A stretch of DNA of 64,000 nucleotides from an uncultured virus (IMG/VR IMGVR_UViG_3300043571_000263) (taxonomy: Duplodnaviria > Heunggongvirae > Uroviricota > Caudoviricetes), in IMG/VR virus record IMGVR_UViG_3300043571_000263; one strand, written 5' to 3'. Shown in pieces: positions 42,713-52,462 of the stretch; the first letter of the stretch is position 1; every line of letters begins with the position of its first letter. Under the pieces are notes generated by a model, which saw nothing but the letters and a program-made list of their open reading frames with translations, searched no databases and was not told the origin of the DNA. The position numbers and the translations under genes are program-made.

Positions 42713-43183
42713 CTACTGAAGTTTGCTTGCTGCCTCTTGGACTGTTTCTTCAAACGTAAACGGAGCTTGCGGCCAATTGTTGCGGGGTTCGGGGTTGGCG
42801 GCAAATGCTCCCAAAATAGAGTCCAGCCAAGAGCGAACGGCTGAAAGCTTCGCGGAAGATTTGCCAAGCTGCACAAGCTTACCCTCCAAGTCCATCAGGG
42901 TGACAAGTCGAATGGCGGGATAACCCTGACGCTCAATGTGCTTTTCTGCCGTAACCTTGGGACGCCGCTCTTCAAGAATTCTCGCCAGATGAACGCTGGC
43001 CTCTTCGAGTTCTCCTTGGTTGTAAAAATAAATAACCCTAGGTTCGCTTGCGAGTCCGGCCCCAACGATTGCTGCTTGCTCGTCCGTTATTTGAACAACC
43101 TTCGCAAATTGTCCGACAACTTGCGGCTCTGTGTCGCTAATACGGTTAATTGCCCCCTTGGGGCCAGTGATTGCATATTTCAT
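42713..43183 (-). CDS. Hypothetical (tail-fibre chaperone-like position)
   Basis: Between LRR genes. Confidence 0.5.
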   Translation of the reverse strand: MKYAITGPKGAINRISDTEPQVVGQFAKVVQITDEQAAIVGAGLASEPRVIYFYNQGELEEASVHLARILEERRPKVTAEKHIERQGYPAIRLVTLMDLEGKLVQLGKSSAKLSAVRSWLDSILGAFAANPEPRNNWPQAPFTFEETVQEAASKLQ

Positions 43184-43980
43184 AATTCGTTAATCCATTT
43201 GAATGTTTGTCCTATCTGGTCGGAAAGTTGCCGCCCAAGAGTGTCGAGCCAATCTGGTGTTACGGGTTCCACTTTGTTTCTTATTTCGTGGTCGCCATAC
43301 GGCCATCCAAGCTCATGCTCTTTTGTGTATTGTCTCACATTATTGAAGTCATGGCTATCAAATTTAAGCCCAAGATATTCCCAAATTTCTCCCATGGTTT
43401 CGGCGGGCTTGGTCGCCAATGATTCAAAGTGAACAAAATGAAGTCTGTCCTTATGGCGACGAACGGCGTCCGAAACTCGCTCAACAGCAATTCCAAGAGG
43501 CGGCATTTGCAGCCATCCCTGCGCTCGTTTTTCTAACGTAGTCCAATTCTGCGGGTTTTGTTTTTCAATACCAGTAAATGGAAAAGGATGCGCTCTCCAC
43601 TTCTTCTCAAAGCTCGAAAGAATTCCTCGCATGTCTCGCACAGGAACAAGCACCTTGGCGTTCGGCCAAATGGAAAAAAGCATGTCTAGGTGTCCAACCC
43701 AACTGCGGCACTTGTCAGCCACAATCGGTCTGTCGGTTAAGCGATTGAAGGCATTTTCGCATCCTCCCTTGATGTAATCGTAAAAAAGTGTCTCGCCGTC
43801 TTTGGGATTGGGGATGGTCTTGAACTCTTCGGTCTGGCTAAATTGTCTGGCAATGTAACCTATCTCATGGAGTCCAGATGTTGCTGTTGAATGAACCAGC
43901 GGATTTTGCGCGAGGAGGTTCATTAGCAGCGTTGACCCGCTGCGCGGAAGGCCGGATACAAAGTGAATTGTTTTACTCAT
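43180..43980 (-). CDS. PAPS-dependent sulfotransferase
   Basis: FVSGLPRSGSTLL (5'-PSB), DK.R, VRD...ILSS, V.FESL...P. Confidence 0.88.
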   Translation of the reverse strand: MSKTIHFVSGLPRSGSTLLMNLLAQNPLVHSTATSGLHEIGYIARQFSQTEEFKTIPNPKDGETLFYDYIKGGCENAFNRLTDRPIVADKCRSWVGHLDMLFSIWPNAKVLVPVRDMRGILSSFEKKWRAHPFPFTGIEKQNPQNWTTLEKRAQGWLQMPPLGIAVERVSDAVRRHKDRLHFVHFESLATKPAETMGEIWEYLGLKFDSHDFNNVRQYTKEHELGWPYGDHEIRNKVEPVTPDWLDTLGRQLSDQIGQTFKWINEL

Positions 43981-43990
43981 GGCCCCCAAA

Positions 43991-44896
43991 TTAAGGCACG
44001 TTTGGGTAATTTGTCCAGATAGAAACGGTGATGCCTGATTGTCCTCCGATGGTCTGACCTGAACCCAAGGTGTAGCCTGTGGCATCGGGGCCAATATAGA
44101 CGTTGGTGATTCCGCTGCCCGCAAGTGCATAGCTTCCAAGGGAGCCTATAGGTTGATTGAGATAGGCTGCTGTGAGGTTTGTGCAACTTGTAAATGGATA
44201 GTCATCAATTATTGTTGTGGGGCTTGGGACAATGACGCTCGTAAGGCCTGTGCATCCTATAAATGAAGAGTTTCCAATAAGTGTCACAGAGTTGGGGATA
44301 ACGAGATTTCCAGAGAATCCAGAGCAATCTTGGAACGACGAAACTCCAATATATGTGACAGAATTGGGGATTACTAGACTTCCTGTGAGTCCGCTGCAAT
44401 TTCGAATCGCGTTATCTCCAATCGTTGTCACCGAATTACCAATGAACAAATTGCCGTCAAAGCCGCTGCAATACTGGAAAGCATAGCTTCCAATGGAGGT
44501 GACGGAATTAGGGATGACTAAATCTCCCGCAAGGCCGCTGCAATATGTAAATGCGTAGCTTCCAATAGACGTGACAGAATTGCCTATGTAAAGTTGTGTG
44601 AGGTCGGAGTTGTTTTGTTGCCAGTTGTCTGGAATGTCTCCATAGATAAATTGTGTAGTTCCTGCCGTGCCATCATATACGAACGTTGGAACAAGCGGAA
44701 CGTCATCTGGGCTTGCCGCCTCTTCCCATGCGCCATCCTTGCGACCGTAAAGTGTGGCGTCTGTCGGCGCGTCTTGCAGGAAGGAATCAGCGAGTATTTT
44801 GCGCGAATTGCTGGTTGCTCCATCTATTGCAAAAAAATCATCCCCTGCTGGCGATGTGGCGGTAGTTGCTAAATCTTTTATTCTTTTGTCGGCCAT
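43991..44896 (-). CDS. BspA-type leucine-rich-repeat protein B
   Basis: Paralog of 41609..42706 sharing N- and C-termini. Confidence 0.85.
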   Translation of the reverse strand: MADKRIKDLATTATSPAGDDFFAIDGATSNSRKILADSFLQDAPTDATLYGRKDGAWEEAASPDDVPLVPTFVYDGTAGTTQFIYGDIPDNWQQNNSDLTQLYIGNSVTSIGSYAFTYCSGLAGDLVIPNSVTSIGSYAFQYCSGFDGNLFIGNSVTTIGDNAIRNCSGLTGSLVIPNSVTYIGVSSFQDCSGFSGNLVIPNSVTLIGNSSFIGCTGLTSVIVPSPTTIIDDYPFTSCTNLTAAYLNQPIGSLGSYALAGSGITNVYIGPDATGYTLGSGQTIGGQSGITVSIWTNYPNVP

Positions 44897-44907
44897 GATA
44901 TTTCTCC

Positions 44908-45414
44908 TTATGCGTAAATTAATTTACCTGAGTCGTCTCCATCATCGTAAAGAAGATCGCCAGCATCAACACCGTCATTGTATTCAATGAAGAATGTTTC
45001 TGGAGGTGGCGGGGTTCCGCCGTTGAGTTCTACCAAAAGGGCCAGTTGAATTCTCGTTGGAAGGTCGATGTAGTAGGCCAAGAATTGCCCGACATTTTGA
45101 TCTCCGTAGGTTGCGCCAAGAATCCATCCCAATGCCTGTTTTTCAGACCAATCGTAATGAACTCCCGTGTCCCCAGAAATTGCGTTGTAAATATCACTCC
45201 AAACGTATTGCTTGGGAAGTGATATGTAATCGGCTTCGGATTTGGGGCATCCGTAAGCTACGGCAATTTTGGCAAGAATGTATCGCTCTGGAAGCGTGGC
45301 GTAATCGCCAGTTTCGCCGAACCCCTGAACACCAATAAGCCACCTCGCAAAAATCTCCCTTTTGGGGAGTGATGCGTTAATGGCTACTTGGTCATTGAGA
45401 ACGGGAATTGGCAT
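44908..45414 (-). CDS. Helical-repeat hypothetical virion protein
   Basis: About five LP...L/W repeats (LPKREIF, LPERYIL, LPKQYVW, WSEKQAL, LPTRIQL). Confidence 0.55.
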   Translation of the reverse strand: MPIPVLNDQVAINASLPKREIFARWLIGVQGFGETGDYATLPERYILAKIAVAYGCPKSEADYISLPKQYVWSDIYNAISGDTGVHYDWSEKQALGWILGATYGDQNVGQFLAYYIDLPTRIQLALLVELNGGTPPPPETFFIEYNDGVDAGDLLYDDGDDSGKLIYA

Positions 45415-45423
45415 CTTACCAGA

Positions 45424-45660
45424 TTAGGCCATACCCATGATGCGCTCGCCCATTCCTCCCATAGAGGCGGCTTCTTCCATATCTTCCGTAGCCATGTCTT
45501 CGTCTTCATCTTCGGCTTCTTCAGCCGCGATTTCAACGCCAGCAATCATGGTGGGAACAAGCATGTCGCCTTCAACGCGAAGGGTTACAAGTTCTTCTAT
45601 GGTTTCGCCGTCAGCGGTTTCTTCGGGCAGGGTGTATCCTTCGGGAATGGGAATTTTCAT
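45424..45660 (-). CDS. Small acidic protein
   Basis: ATG 45660, TTGACT-17-TAATGT promoter upstream. Confidence 0.6.
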   Translation of the reverse strand: MKIPIPEGYTLPEETADGETIEELVTLRVEGDMLVPTMIAGVEIAAEEAEDEDEDMATEDMEEAASMGGMGERIMGMA

Positions 45661-45709
45661 AATAGTAATAAGATTGGTTATCAAACATTAGTTCAAATTC
45701 CCCCAAAAG

Positions 45710-46426
45710 TCAAGCCGCTTTATTCTCAAAATATTGCGGAAAATATTCACGTTCAGCTTTTTCGCGGGCGGCAATCGCCAAGTCAAGGTCTGCAAATGTT
45801 CCAATATGTTTTACTTTTCCTTTAATAGTAATGGTCGCCTTCCATTTACCCTTAAATCTTGTGACGCCAGTTTTTCCAGACGAGTTGTTATTTCCTGTCC
45901 TTCTTAGCGTCCTTGGAATTGCCCTGTGCGGCTCTATTTTTGCATCCTCTGGCAAGGATGAGTTGTCTCGCGCAAACTCGCCGTAATGCTTTTTTGCGGC
46001 CTGATCTCGCACATAAATAGCCTCCTCTAGAGTCCTGTAACGTCCAAGAGATTTTCGCTTTCTATCAACATTGATATAGACTTGATATTTCTCTCTGTCT
46101 GGACACCAACTAATTCCTTTGTGGCCACTTGTGTTGTCCTCGCGCGCCCTTTGATTCATGTTGTTTTGTGATGGAACAACAAATCTCAAGTTTTCCCGAC
46201 TGTTATTTAATCCGTTTCCGTCAATATGATCTACCGTTTCACCAGATTGTGCTCCCATTACCATGCGGTGCATATAAACTGTCATTCCTCTAATTTTGCA
46301 TGTCGCATAGTGCCTTTTGCCAGTTCCGTCATTGTCAACAGAGTTCCATTTATATTGATTGATTCTGTCGAAGTCTTGTTCGTCTATGATTGCTGTGCCG
46401 TGTTTGAGTTGGATGTATTTCTTCAT
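45710..46426 (-). CDS. HNH homing endonuclease with two AP2 domains
   Basis: MHRMV...VDHIDGNGLNNSRENLR; NTSG.KGI.W and NSSGKTGV...W.ATI...IGTF. Confidence 0.9.
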   Translation of the reverse strand: MKKYIQLKHGTAIIDEQDFDRINQYKWNSVDNDGTGKRHYATCKIRGMTVYMHRMVMGAQSGETVDHIDGNGLNNSRENLRFVVPSQNNMNQRAREDNTSGHKGISWCPDREKYQVYINVDRKRKSLGRYRTLEEAIYVRDQAAKKHYGEFARDNSSLPEDAKIEPHRAIPRTLRRTGNNNSSGKTGVTRFKGKWKATITIKGKVKHIGTFADLDLAIAAREKAEREYFPQYFENKAA

Positions 46427-46430
46427 AAAT

Positions 46431-46467
46431 AGTTAGGGCTGGCAGGATAACCTGCCAGCCCCAACTT
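46431..46467 (-). terminator. Hairpin/terminator after major capsid gene
   Basis: AGTTGGGGCTGGCAGG-TTAT-CCTGCCAGCCCTAACT. Confidence 0.7.
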
Positions 46468-46487
46468 GTCAATCAGTTTCGGTTATG

Positions 46488-47708
46488 CTAAACCAAATAC
46501 CCGTATCCTGAACCGGCAGGGCAAGCAACCAAGTCATTGGCCAAGTTGCAGCGGAGGTGCAGGATATAGTATGCCCACTGAGGGAACACTTGCTTGACGG
46601 CGCAGGCCATCTTCGCTCTCCAGTAACCGCTGTTCTTGTCAGGGTTGCAGGTCTTGTCGTATTCATTGATCCACTTGAAGTCGCCGCGATAATTCTGGGC
46701 ATCATAGACCAATTTTCCGACTTTGACGTTCGGGTTAGGAACAAGCCATTCCATAGCCTTCGGGTGAAACACAACCGTGGAGGTGTATTTCGCCGTCTTG
46801 TAGGCGGGGTTGATGACATACTTGGTTCCCTTGGTCGCGCCAGAAGCAACGTAAGCGGGAACTTCGGTATAACCACCAGCACCGTCATCATTGAAGCGTT
46901 TCGGGAACGGACGGCTGTGGAACACAAAGCCACCATAGCTCTTGCGGGGCAGGAGCGAGGAGCCGTTTGCGCCAAGCAGGTCGTTCACGCGGTCGCTCCA
47001 ACGGATGTCTTGACGGACATCTTCCTGAAGCTTGATCAAGTTCTCAATCGTGGCGCGTTCGGCGAACACGTTGAAAACAGGCGAACCATCGTCGGTAACG
47101 GCGTCACCGTCATCACCAGCGTTGTCCTGATAGAGGTTGTCGTAGATCGAGCGCAGCACACCCGGAGTCAAAACGCTGGTAGGAGCGGTCGAGGGGAACG
47201 CAGTGTCATCTTCGGGCAGGCCCGGAGCAACAACCATTTTGTGCTCGGCCACCTCGAAGTAGTCATTGTCGTAACGCTCAATCCACTCAACGTTCACGTT
47301 GTCGGCGAGGATTTTGATGTAGTTGTTAACATCGTCCACGGGGAACGCGGAGGTGCGAACATCTTCCAAGCAAATCCAATCCGACTCAATGGCCTGATGA
47401 CGGAGCTTGAAGGTTTTCTGGTCAAACGCATAGCCAACCTTTTTGACGGGGGGCAAGCAGGCGTTGTCTTGACCGCTGACGGTCGAGATGCCCACGTCTT
47501 CCCATCCAGAGCCAGTGGCTTTGGTGCGTTGAGCAATGGTATTGGTGATGACCGCTCCCATGTTGTCAGGGAAGGCGGACTGCGAAACAAAACGCAGATA
47601 CGGGTCTTTATAGAGGCCAAGACGATGAGTGCCAAGGGCAATACGTCCGGTTTCTCTCTGGAAGTTATCATTGATAGCTTCGCAAGTGAGGGATGAGGGT
47701 GCAGACAT
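46488..47708 (-). CDS. Major capsid protein
   Basis: 406 aa after portal and scaffold, own promoter, AGGAG RBS, biased codons, downstream hairpin. Confidence 0.8.
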   Translation of the reverse strand: MSAPSSLTCEAINDNFQRETGRIALGTHRLGLYKDPYLRFVSQSAFPDNMGAVITNTIAQRTKATGSGWEDVGISTVSGQDNACLPPVKKVGYAFDQKTFKLRHQAIESDWICLEDVRTSAFPVDDVNNYIKILADNVNVEWIERYDNDYFEVAEHKMVVAPGLPEDDTAFPSTAPTSVLTPGVLRSIYDNLYQDNAGDDGDAVTDDGSPVFNVFAERATIENLIKLQEDVRQDIRWSDRVNDLLGANGSSLLPRKSYGGFVFHSRPFPKRFNDDGAGGYTEVPAYVASGATKGTKYVINPAYKTAKYTSTVVFHPKAMEWLVPNPNVKVGKLVYDAQNYRGDFKWINEYDKTCNPDKNSGYWRAKMACAVKQVFPQWAYYILHLRCNLANDLVACPAGSGYGYLV

Positions 47709-47890
47709 TTTATTAAGTCTCCTATTTAATCTAATTTGGTTTTTGCATTAAGCCTTGTATAACGCACACGCATTATCTGGCCGCTTGCGGTTTTTTCCCA
47801 CGCCGCGAGGGGGATAGACGGCTATTAGTTTTAGGAGGCGATGTCGCTCACCAACCAGCGTCCGTGACCAATTCGGCTAAGTCATAATTG

Positions 47891-47919
47891 AATCTACTAT
47901 ATTGACAATATGGTGTCAA
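47891..47919 (-). promoter_or_regulatory. Sigma70-like capsid promoter TTGACA-17-TAGATT with overlapping palindrome
   Basis: TTGACA-N6-TGTCAA at 47902-47919. Confidence 0.65.
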
Positions 47920-47955
47920 CAAAAAAAAGAGCGAGATGTTACTCTCGCCCTTTTT
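47920..47955 (-). terminator. Intrinsic terminator after scaffold gene
   Basis: AGGGCGAGA-GTAACA-TCTCGCTCT + T-run. Confidence 0.8.
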
Positions 47956-47972
47956 GTGCTGATAGGGGGAAA

Positions 47973-49289
47973 TTAGCGACGAAGCAGTGTTGCGCCGAAG
48001 TTGGTCAACGACTTGTCATCTATGTCCTCTTCTGGCTCTTGCGCCTCTGTGGTGGACGTTCCAAGACTGGGAGAAGCTCCGACCAATCCTTCGATTTGTT
48101 TTTTGAGTTCTGCAATCTCCGCGTTCTTTGCCTCTGACACTTTGGCAAGTTGCGTTGAATAATGGCTGATTGCAGACTCCAAGAACGGAACAACGGAAGC
48201 CTTGGCAAGAATGGAAGACCTCTCTTCCACGCTCAATCTATCGAGGTTTATTTCGGCTGCTGTTTTTCTGGCGCTCCGAATGTGGTTGTTCCAGTCATCT
48301 TGTCCGTCAACCTCTTTTAAGAAGTTATGCCTGTCTTCAAAATTTGTCCACGTTTTTGATGTGAATACCTTTTGCAAGCGCAGATCGTTCTCGATGAACT
48401 CTTGTTCCTCTTGGGCTTTCCGCGCTTTCTCGTTTTCCACAAGAGATTCAGCGTCTCTCTGAAAGCGTTCATGCTCTGATGCTAGGTTGTGGTATTTCTC
48501 GGCCAGCTTGACAACCTCGATTTGCTCCATGCGCTTGAAGTCGCCAATCAGGTCTTCAAGGCTATCGGTTCGCTTGCGAATGTCGGGTTCTGTAACCGCT
48601 TGCCATAGCTTGCCGAAATCCGCGTCATTGGCTTCGGCGATTGCGCGAAGATCACCCTGCAATCCGTTTAGCGGCTTTTTGACCCTTTCAACATACTCTG
48701 GACTGCGTTCAAAGTTGGCTGTTTTAAGCTCTCTGCTGAGTTCTGCAATTTTGGTCTTGTAGTCTTCGATTTCCTTTTTGTAGTTTTCGGCCTCAAAGGA
48801 ACTCGTTGTTGAGGCGGCTTCTTTGGCGGCTTTAAGTTCTGCGGCAAGCCTGTCCCTTTCTTCTCTCGCTTTTTTAAGCTCTGCTTTGTGCTCTTTCCAA
48901 GAAGACAGTCCCTTTTCCGAATCATCTCCAGAGGGTTTGTCCGCAACCTCTTTGTCGTTAAAGTGGGGATTGACAGGAAGATCAGAGTCGGAAGAAACCA
49001 ATTCTTCAGTTTTATCTTCGCTTTTTTCAGTAGCTTTTTCAGTTTGTTTTGCAATGTCAACATCTTCAGTTTTCTTGGTTTTTTCTTCAACGTCTCTGGT
49101 GGGAACCTTGGTTTTTTCCTCCTGCTTAACAACCTCCTTGACTGGCGGTTGCTCTGCCGCTTTTTCAGCATCAGGTGTTGCTGGAGCCTGCTCGACGACT
49201 GGCTCTGCTGTCTCTTGACTTCTACCAAGAACGGCTCCGGCAAAATCTGCCTCGCCCGTTAATGCACTGTTTAGTATCGCGTTTGACAT
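47973..49289 (-). CDS. Capsid scaffolding protein
   Basis: Acidic disordered N-term, coiled coil, directly upstream of MCP. Confidence 0.7.
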   Translation of the reverse strand: MSNAILNSALTGEADFAGAVLGRSQETAEPVVEQAPATPDAEKAAEQPPVKEVVKQEEKTKVPTRDVEEKTKKTEDVDIAKQTEKATEKSEDKTEELVSSDSDLPVNPHFNDKEVADKPSGDDSEKGLSSWKEHKAELKKAREERDRLAAELKAAKEAASTTSSFEAENYKKEIEDYKTKIAELSRELKTANFERSPEYVERVKKPLNGLQGDLRAIAEANDADFGKLWQAVTEPDIRKRTDSLEDLIGDFKRMEQIEVVKLAEKYHNLASEHERFQRDAESLVENEKARKAQEEQEFIENDLRLQKVFTSKTWTNFEDRHNFLKEVDGQDDWNNHIRSARKTAAEINLDRLSVEERSSILAKASVVPFLESAISHYSTQLAKVSEAKNAEIAELKKQIEGLVGASPSLGTSTTEAQEPEEDIDDKSLTNFGATLLRR

Positions 49290-49291
49290 GG

Positions 49292-49582
49292 TTATTTATT
49301 TTTTTCTGATGTTATATGTGAAAATGGTTCTGGAAGCTCTGTTTTCGGTTTGTTCTCCACTCTTCCATTAGCCAAAATTTCAACAAGGTCAAGCACTTCT
49401 TGTCCGCCCTCATAGAATCCACAGGTTTTGATGAACACTGGAGACAGATCGAATCCCTGTGCGACTTGTCCAACCATTCGTCGTGGTCTTACCTTTTTGG
49501 CAATTATCTTCAATCCCTTAATCATGTGAGACTCTTGCCAAGTCTTTGCCCACTCGCGGGCGTCTTGATCTGTCCATTCCAT
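49292..49582 (-). CDS. Small protein between portal and scaffold
   Basis: Synteny typical of podoviruses. Confidence 0.6.
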   Translation of the reverse strand: MEWTDQDAREWAKTWQESHMIKGLKIIAKKVRPRRMVGQVAQGFDLSPVFIKTCGFYEGGQEVLDLVEILANGRVENKPKTELPEPFSHITSEKNK

Positions 49583-49638
49583 TGATAAGTCTAACTATAC
49601 GAAAATTTTATTCTTGTCTAGCACGAATAGTGTAAAAA

Positions 49639-51915
49639 TTAAACTGTTTGCGCGGCAATCGGTGGTCTGCCTGCGGGTCTGGCTGTTTTCTCCAAAATGG
49701 AACTGCGCGTTTTGAGGTCGTTGAGGGCCATCTGCTGCCTGATTGTTTCCATCTTTTGCTGATGCGCCTCTTGGCTCATCATTCGTTTTTCCTGCATTTC
49801 CGCCAAGCGCAGTTGTGCTTTTTCTAGCTCAATCATGTCTTTGGGGTTCGGCTGTTGTCCTTGTTGCTGCCCCGCCAAAGCCTGTTCCTGCATCTTATTT
49901 TGCTCGGTCATCATTCTGTTTATGACCTGTTGCTCAAGTTCGTCAACGTATGCGGTGACATTTTGCAGTTGTCTCTTGAGTTCGTTGACCTCCTGCTTGC
50001 GGAAACTATTGGTGGAAAAGAACACCAAATGCTGTGTGGTATGGTCTGCCAGCGGGCGGAGAATTTGCATTGCCTGCTCGTCTGGGATTTGCTGCTGGCG
50101 ATGAAGCTCGACAATTTCCGCCATAAGCGGGATATGGGCCTCGATGTGAACAGCGTGGTTTTGGCTGTCGTGGACAATTTGCTGTATTCCTTGGCGGAGG
50201 TTTCCGTTTTCAAGGTTGGCAATGTCAAAGTCAACAACGCGCCTTGGGCCTTTGTCTGCCACGAAAAGATCAACCTTCTGGTAGCCAACTCCGGGGATTC
50301 CGGCCACAACCGCTCTAAGCGTGTTTTCTTTGCCCTTCTCGTCCATCAGCGAATAAAGCTCCATGAGCTGCTTGCTGGCCATCTCGGTCATCACTGGGCT
50401 TCCGTCGCCCATGGCCCGCATTGCCGTCACCTTCAAGAACTGGCGCATCCTTTCAATGGACACACCCTGTCTCTTGCATCTGGCGCGAAATTCGAGCGCA
50501 AGTCTTCCGCCTTTGTCGTTTGGCGTAATGAATGGGGAAACAGCGCGGCGATATTGCTCTGTCAGGAGCTTGTTGTATGGGGTGTAAAAAAGCTCCAAGG
50601 CTGCTGCGTTGAGTGTGGATTCTTGTCTCGCCTGCTGCACAACCTCCGTGGCCGATCTTGCTTGTCCCTCTGGCGTCACAGAGCGCGAGCGATAGCTGCC
50701 CGTGTTGTTCTGTAGGGTCTGGCTCATCAAGTTGTAAACAGGAAGTCCTTGTGTAGCCACGGTCGGGGGAGTGAGCTGAACTGGTGTCAGTCCGTTGGGA
50801 ATAAACGTGTATGGCCCAACCTCGATGTATTGGAAGTCTTGGATAGCTTCAGAATCCCCCTGTAGCTGAATGAGCCCAGCGGTTATGGCGGCTTGGGCGG
50901 CTTGGCAAAGGATTCTGTTGGAAACTTGAATCGGATTGTAAATCTTTTGCTTTAATCCGCGAATGGTATGAAAGGTTCCTTGGCCTACGCCGTAGGTAAA
51001 GATGACAAAACAATTGTTAACGCTATTGTATTTTCCGTATCTCTCGTAAAGAAAATCATCAGCGTCTCTGGAAGCGATTAGCTGCGTGAACTTTCCGTCA
51101 AACTCTCGGTTGTATGCGTAAATCAATTGAGCGCGATGGTAGGCGGACTCTCCAGAATAAAGGTCGTTCTCCTTTACCTCGCGCTCAAAGTCTTCCCAGT
51201 GATGGGTGTAATTCTTCCACTGATCAGACTTTGTGGAAGCCTTCCAAATAGCCTGTTTCACAGCCTCGATATTCCAACCCATCGCATTCGCCGTCTTGGG
51301 ATTACGGATGTAGTAATAAAGCTGACTAACACTCATGTTGCGCGTAACAATGGCAACCTCTATCGCCTCGTCCGACACCTTTGTGTCTCTGGCAACCTTG
51401 AAGTCTTTCAGCCCGCAGGGCTCCCAAAATATGGTTCGCTCGTCGGGCCACATGGCAACGCCAACGCCGTCACCAACGAACTCTCGCGAAAGTAGCTGCA
51501 TGTTGTATGGGTAGTCGCTCCACTCCTTAAGCATCCAATCAAACTCCTGTGAGATGATTTCTGAATCTTCGTTTGAATCGCCCTCATACGCTTCCATGAT
51601 AACGTTGGCAATTCTGGGGACGCCGTTCTGTAGTTCGATATACGGAGCCAAAGCCGCCTCCATGACGGCACTAGCCTCTCCGAAGTTCGCATTGACAATG
51701 TGCGTCAATCCCTTGTCTCTTAGTTCGTCGGAATCATAGGGAGCCTCGCCATTAACAAGGGCTTGAGCTTTTGACCTCAGATACGCCGCTTCTTCGTCTT
51801 GGTCGATATATTTGTCCGCTATTGAAACAAGATGCTCCGAAGAAGATATGCGCTTTTTAGGCACAGCACCAGAATCGTCAATATTGCTTAATTCAGCGTT
51901 TCCTTTGGTTTCCAT
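49639..51915 (-). CDS. Portal protein
   Basis: 758 aa, RSATEV motif, Q-rich C-terminal barrel (P22-like), synteny. Confidence 0.8.
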   Translation of the reverse strand: METKGNAELSNIDDSGAVPKKRISSSEHLVSIADKYIDQDEEAAYLRSKAQALVNGEAPYDSDELRDKGLTHIVNANFGEASAVMEAALAPYIELQNGVPRIANVIMEAYEGDSNEDSEIISQEFDWMLKEWSDYPYNMQLLSREFVGDGVGVAMWPDERTIFWEPCGLKDFKVARDTKVSDEAIEVAIVTRNMSVSQLYYYIRNPKTANAMGWNIEAVKQAIWKASTKSDQWKNYTHHWEDFEREVKENDLYSGESAYHRAQLIYAYNREFDGKFTQLIASRDADDFLYERYGKYNSVNNCFVIFTYGVGQGTFHTIRGLKQKIYNPIQVSNRILCQAAQAAITAGLIQLQGDSEAIQDFQYIEVGPYTFIPNGLTPVQLTPPTVATQGLPVYNLMSQTLQNNTGSYRSRSVTPEGQARSATEVVQQARQESTLNAAALELFYTPYNKLLTEQYRRAVSPFITPNDKGGRLALEFRARCKRQGVSIERMRQFLKVTAMRAMGDGSPVMTEMASKQLMELYSLMDEKGKENTLRAVVAGIPGVGYQKVDLFVADKGPRRVVDFDIANLENGNLRQGIQQIVHDSQNHAVHIEAHIPLMAEIVELHRQQQIPDEQAMQILRPLADHTTQHLVFFSTNSFRKQEVNELKRQLQNVTAYVDELEQQVINRMMTEQNKMQEQALAGQQQGQQPNPKDMIELEKAQLRLAEMQEKRMMSQEAHQQKMETIRQQMALNDLKTRSSILEKTARPAGRPPIAAQTV

Positions 51916-51958
51916 GAATCTTTATATTCTATTATATCAATCTATTAAGTCAAACCCA

Positions 51959-52462
51959 TTAAACGCTTTGCGTATGGGGAATGAGCAATGATGCCTTTTT
52001 GATTCCGTCATTTACCACGTTAAGGTCTGGATTAAGGGCGGAGCGAACAGATGAGGCAATATCAATTTTATCTTGCGCCGTAACTCCAGAGCCAGTTGCT
52101 ACAACGGTTGATGCTGCGGACTGGATTAGCAAGGTTTGGACTCCTTCTGAGTAGGCGATTGGGTCGCCTTCTGGGCCTCCTGTGAGGTTTCCTCCAGCGA
52201 CTCGCGCAACGTAGTTTCCCGCCGTAAAACGAAGTTGCCACGTCCCCAATAGTTCGACGGTGAGGCCAACTTGCACTCCGGGGCCAAGTTCTTTGAGTCC
52301 TGAACCTGATCCGATTCCTTCATAAATTATTCCGACCTCCCCCGATTGTGCTGTTTTGATGGCAGAATAAAGCGTGGAACAATCAACATCTGTTGTTCCA
52401 TCATCGACCTCGATAATGGATGTTTCAAAATCGAAGGTAAATGGAGATACATATTCTGTCAT
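51959..52462 (-). CDS. Putative virion structural protein
   Basis: FDF....I.V...LYS.IK...SG..ELG.G..VG.T..L..W. Confidence 0.55.
   Translation of the reverse strand: MTEYVSPFTFDFETSIIEVDDGTTDVDCSTLYSAIKTAQSGEVGIIYEGIGSGSGLKELGPGVQVGLTVELLGTWQLRFTAGNYVARVAGGNLTGGPEGDPIAYSEGVQTLLIQSAASTVVATGSGVTAQDKIDIASSVRSALNPDLNVVNDGIKKASLLIPHTQSV

Noticed and set aside
43981..44139. N-terminal extension of the sulfotransferase in the ORF track
   Set aside because: It overlaps the LRR-B C-terminus; the motif-bearing protein starts at ATG 43980
41609..44170. Diversity-generating retroelement TR/VR pair in the similar 3' ends of the LRR genes
   Set aside because: Differences are mostly synonymous third-position changes, not adenine-specific, and no reverse transcriptase is in the window
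46557..47696. 379-aa antisense ORF over the capsid gene, and other long antisense ORFs such as 20607 and 49855
   Set aside because: Shadow frames produced by codon bias of the real genes; no motifs, RBS or promoter
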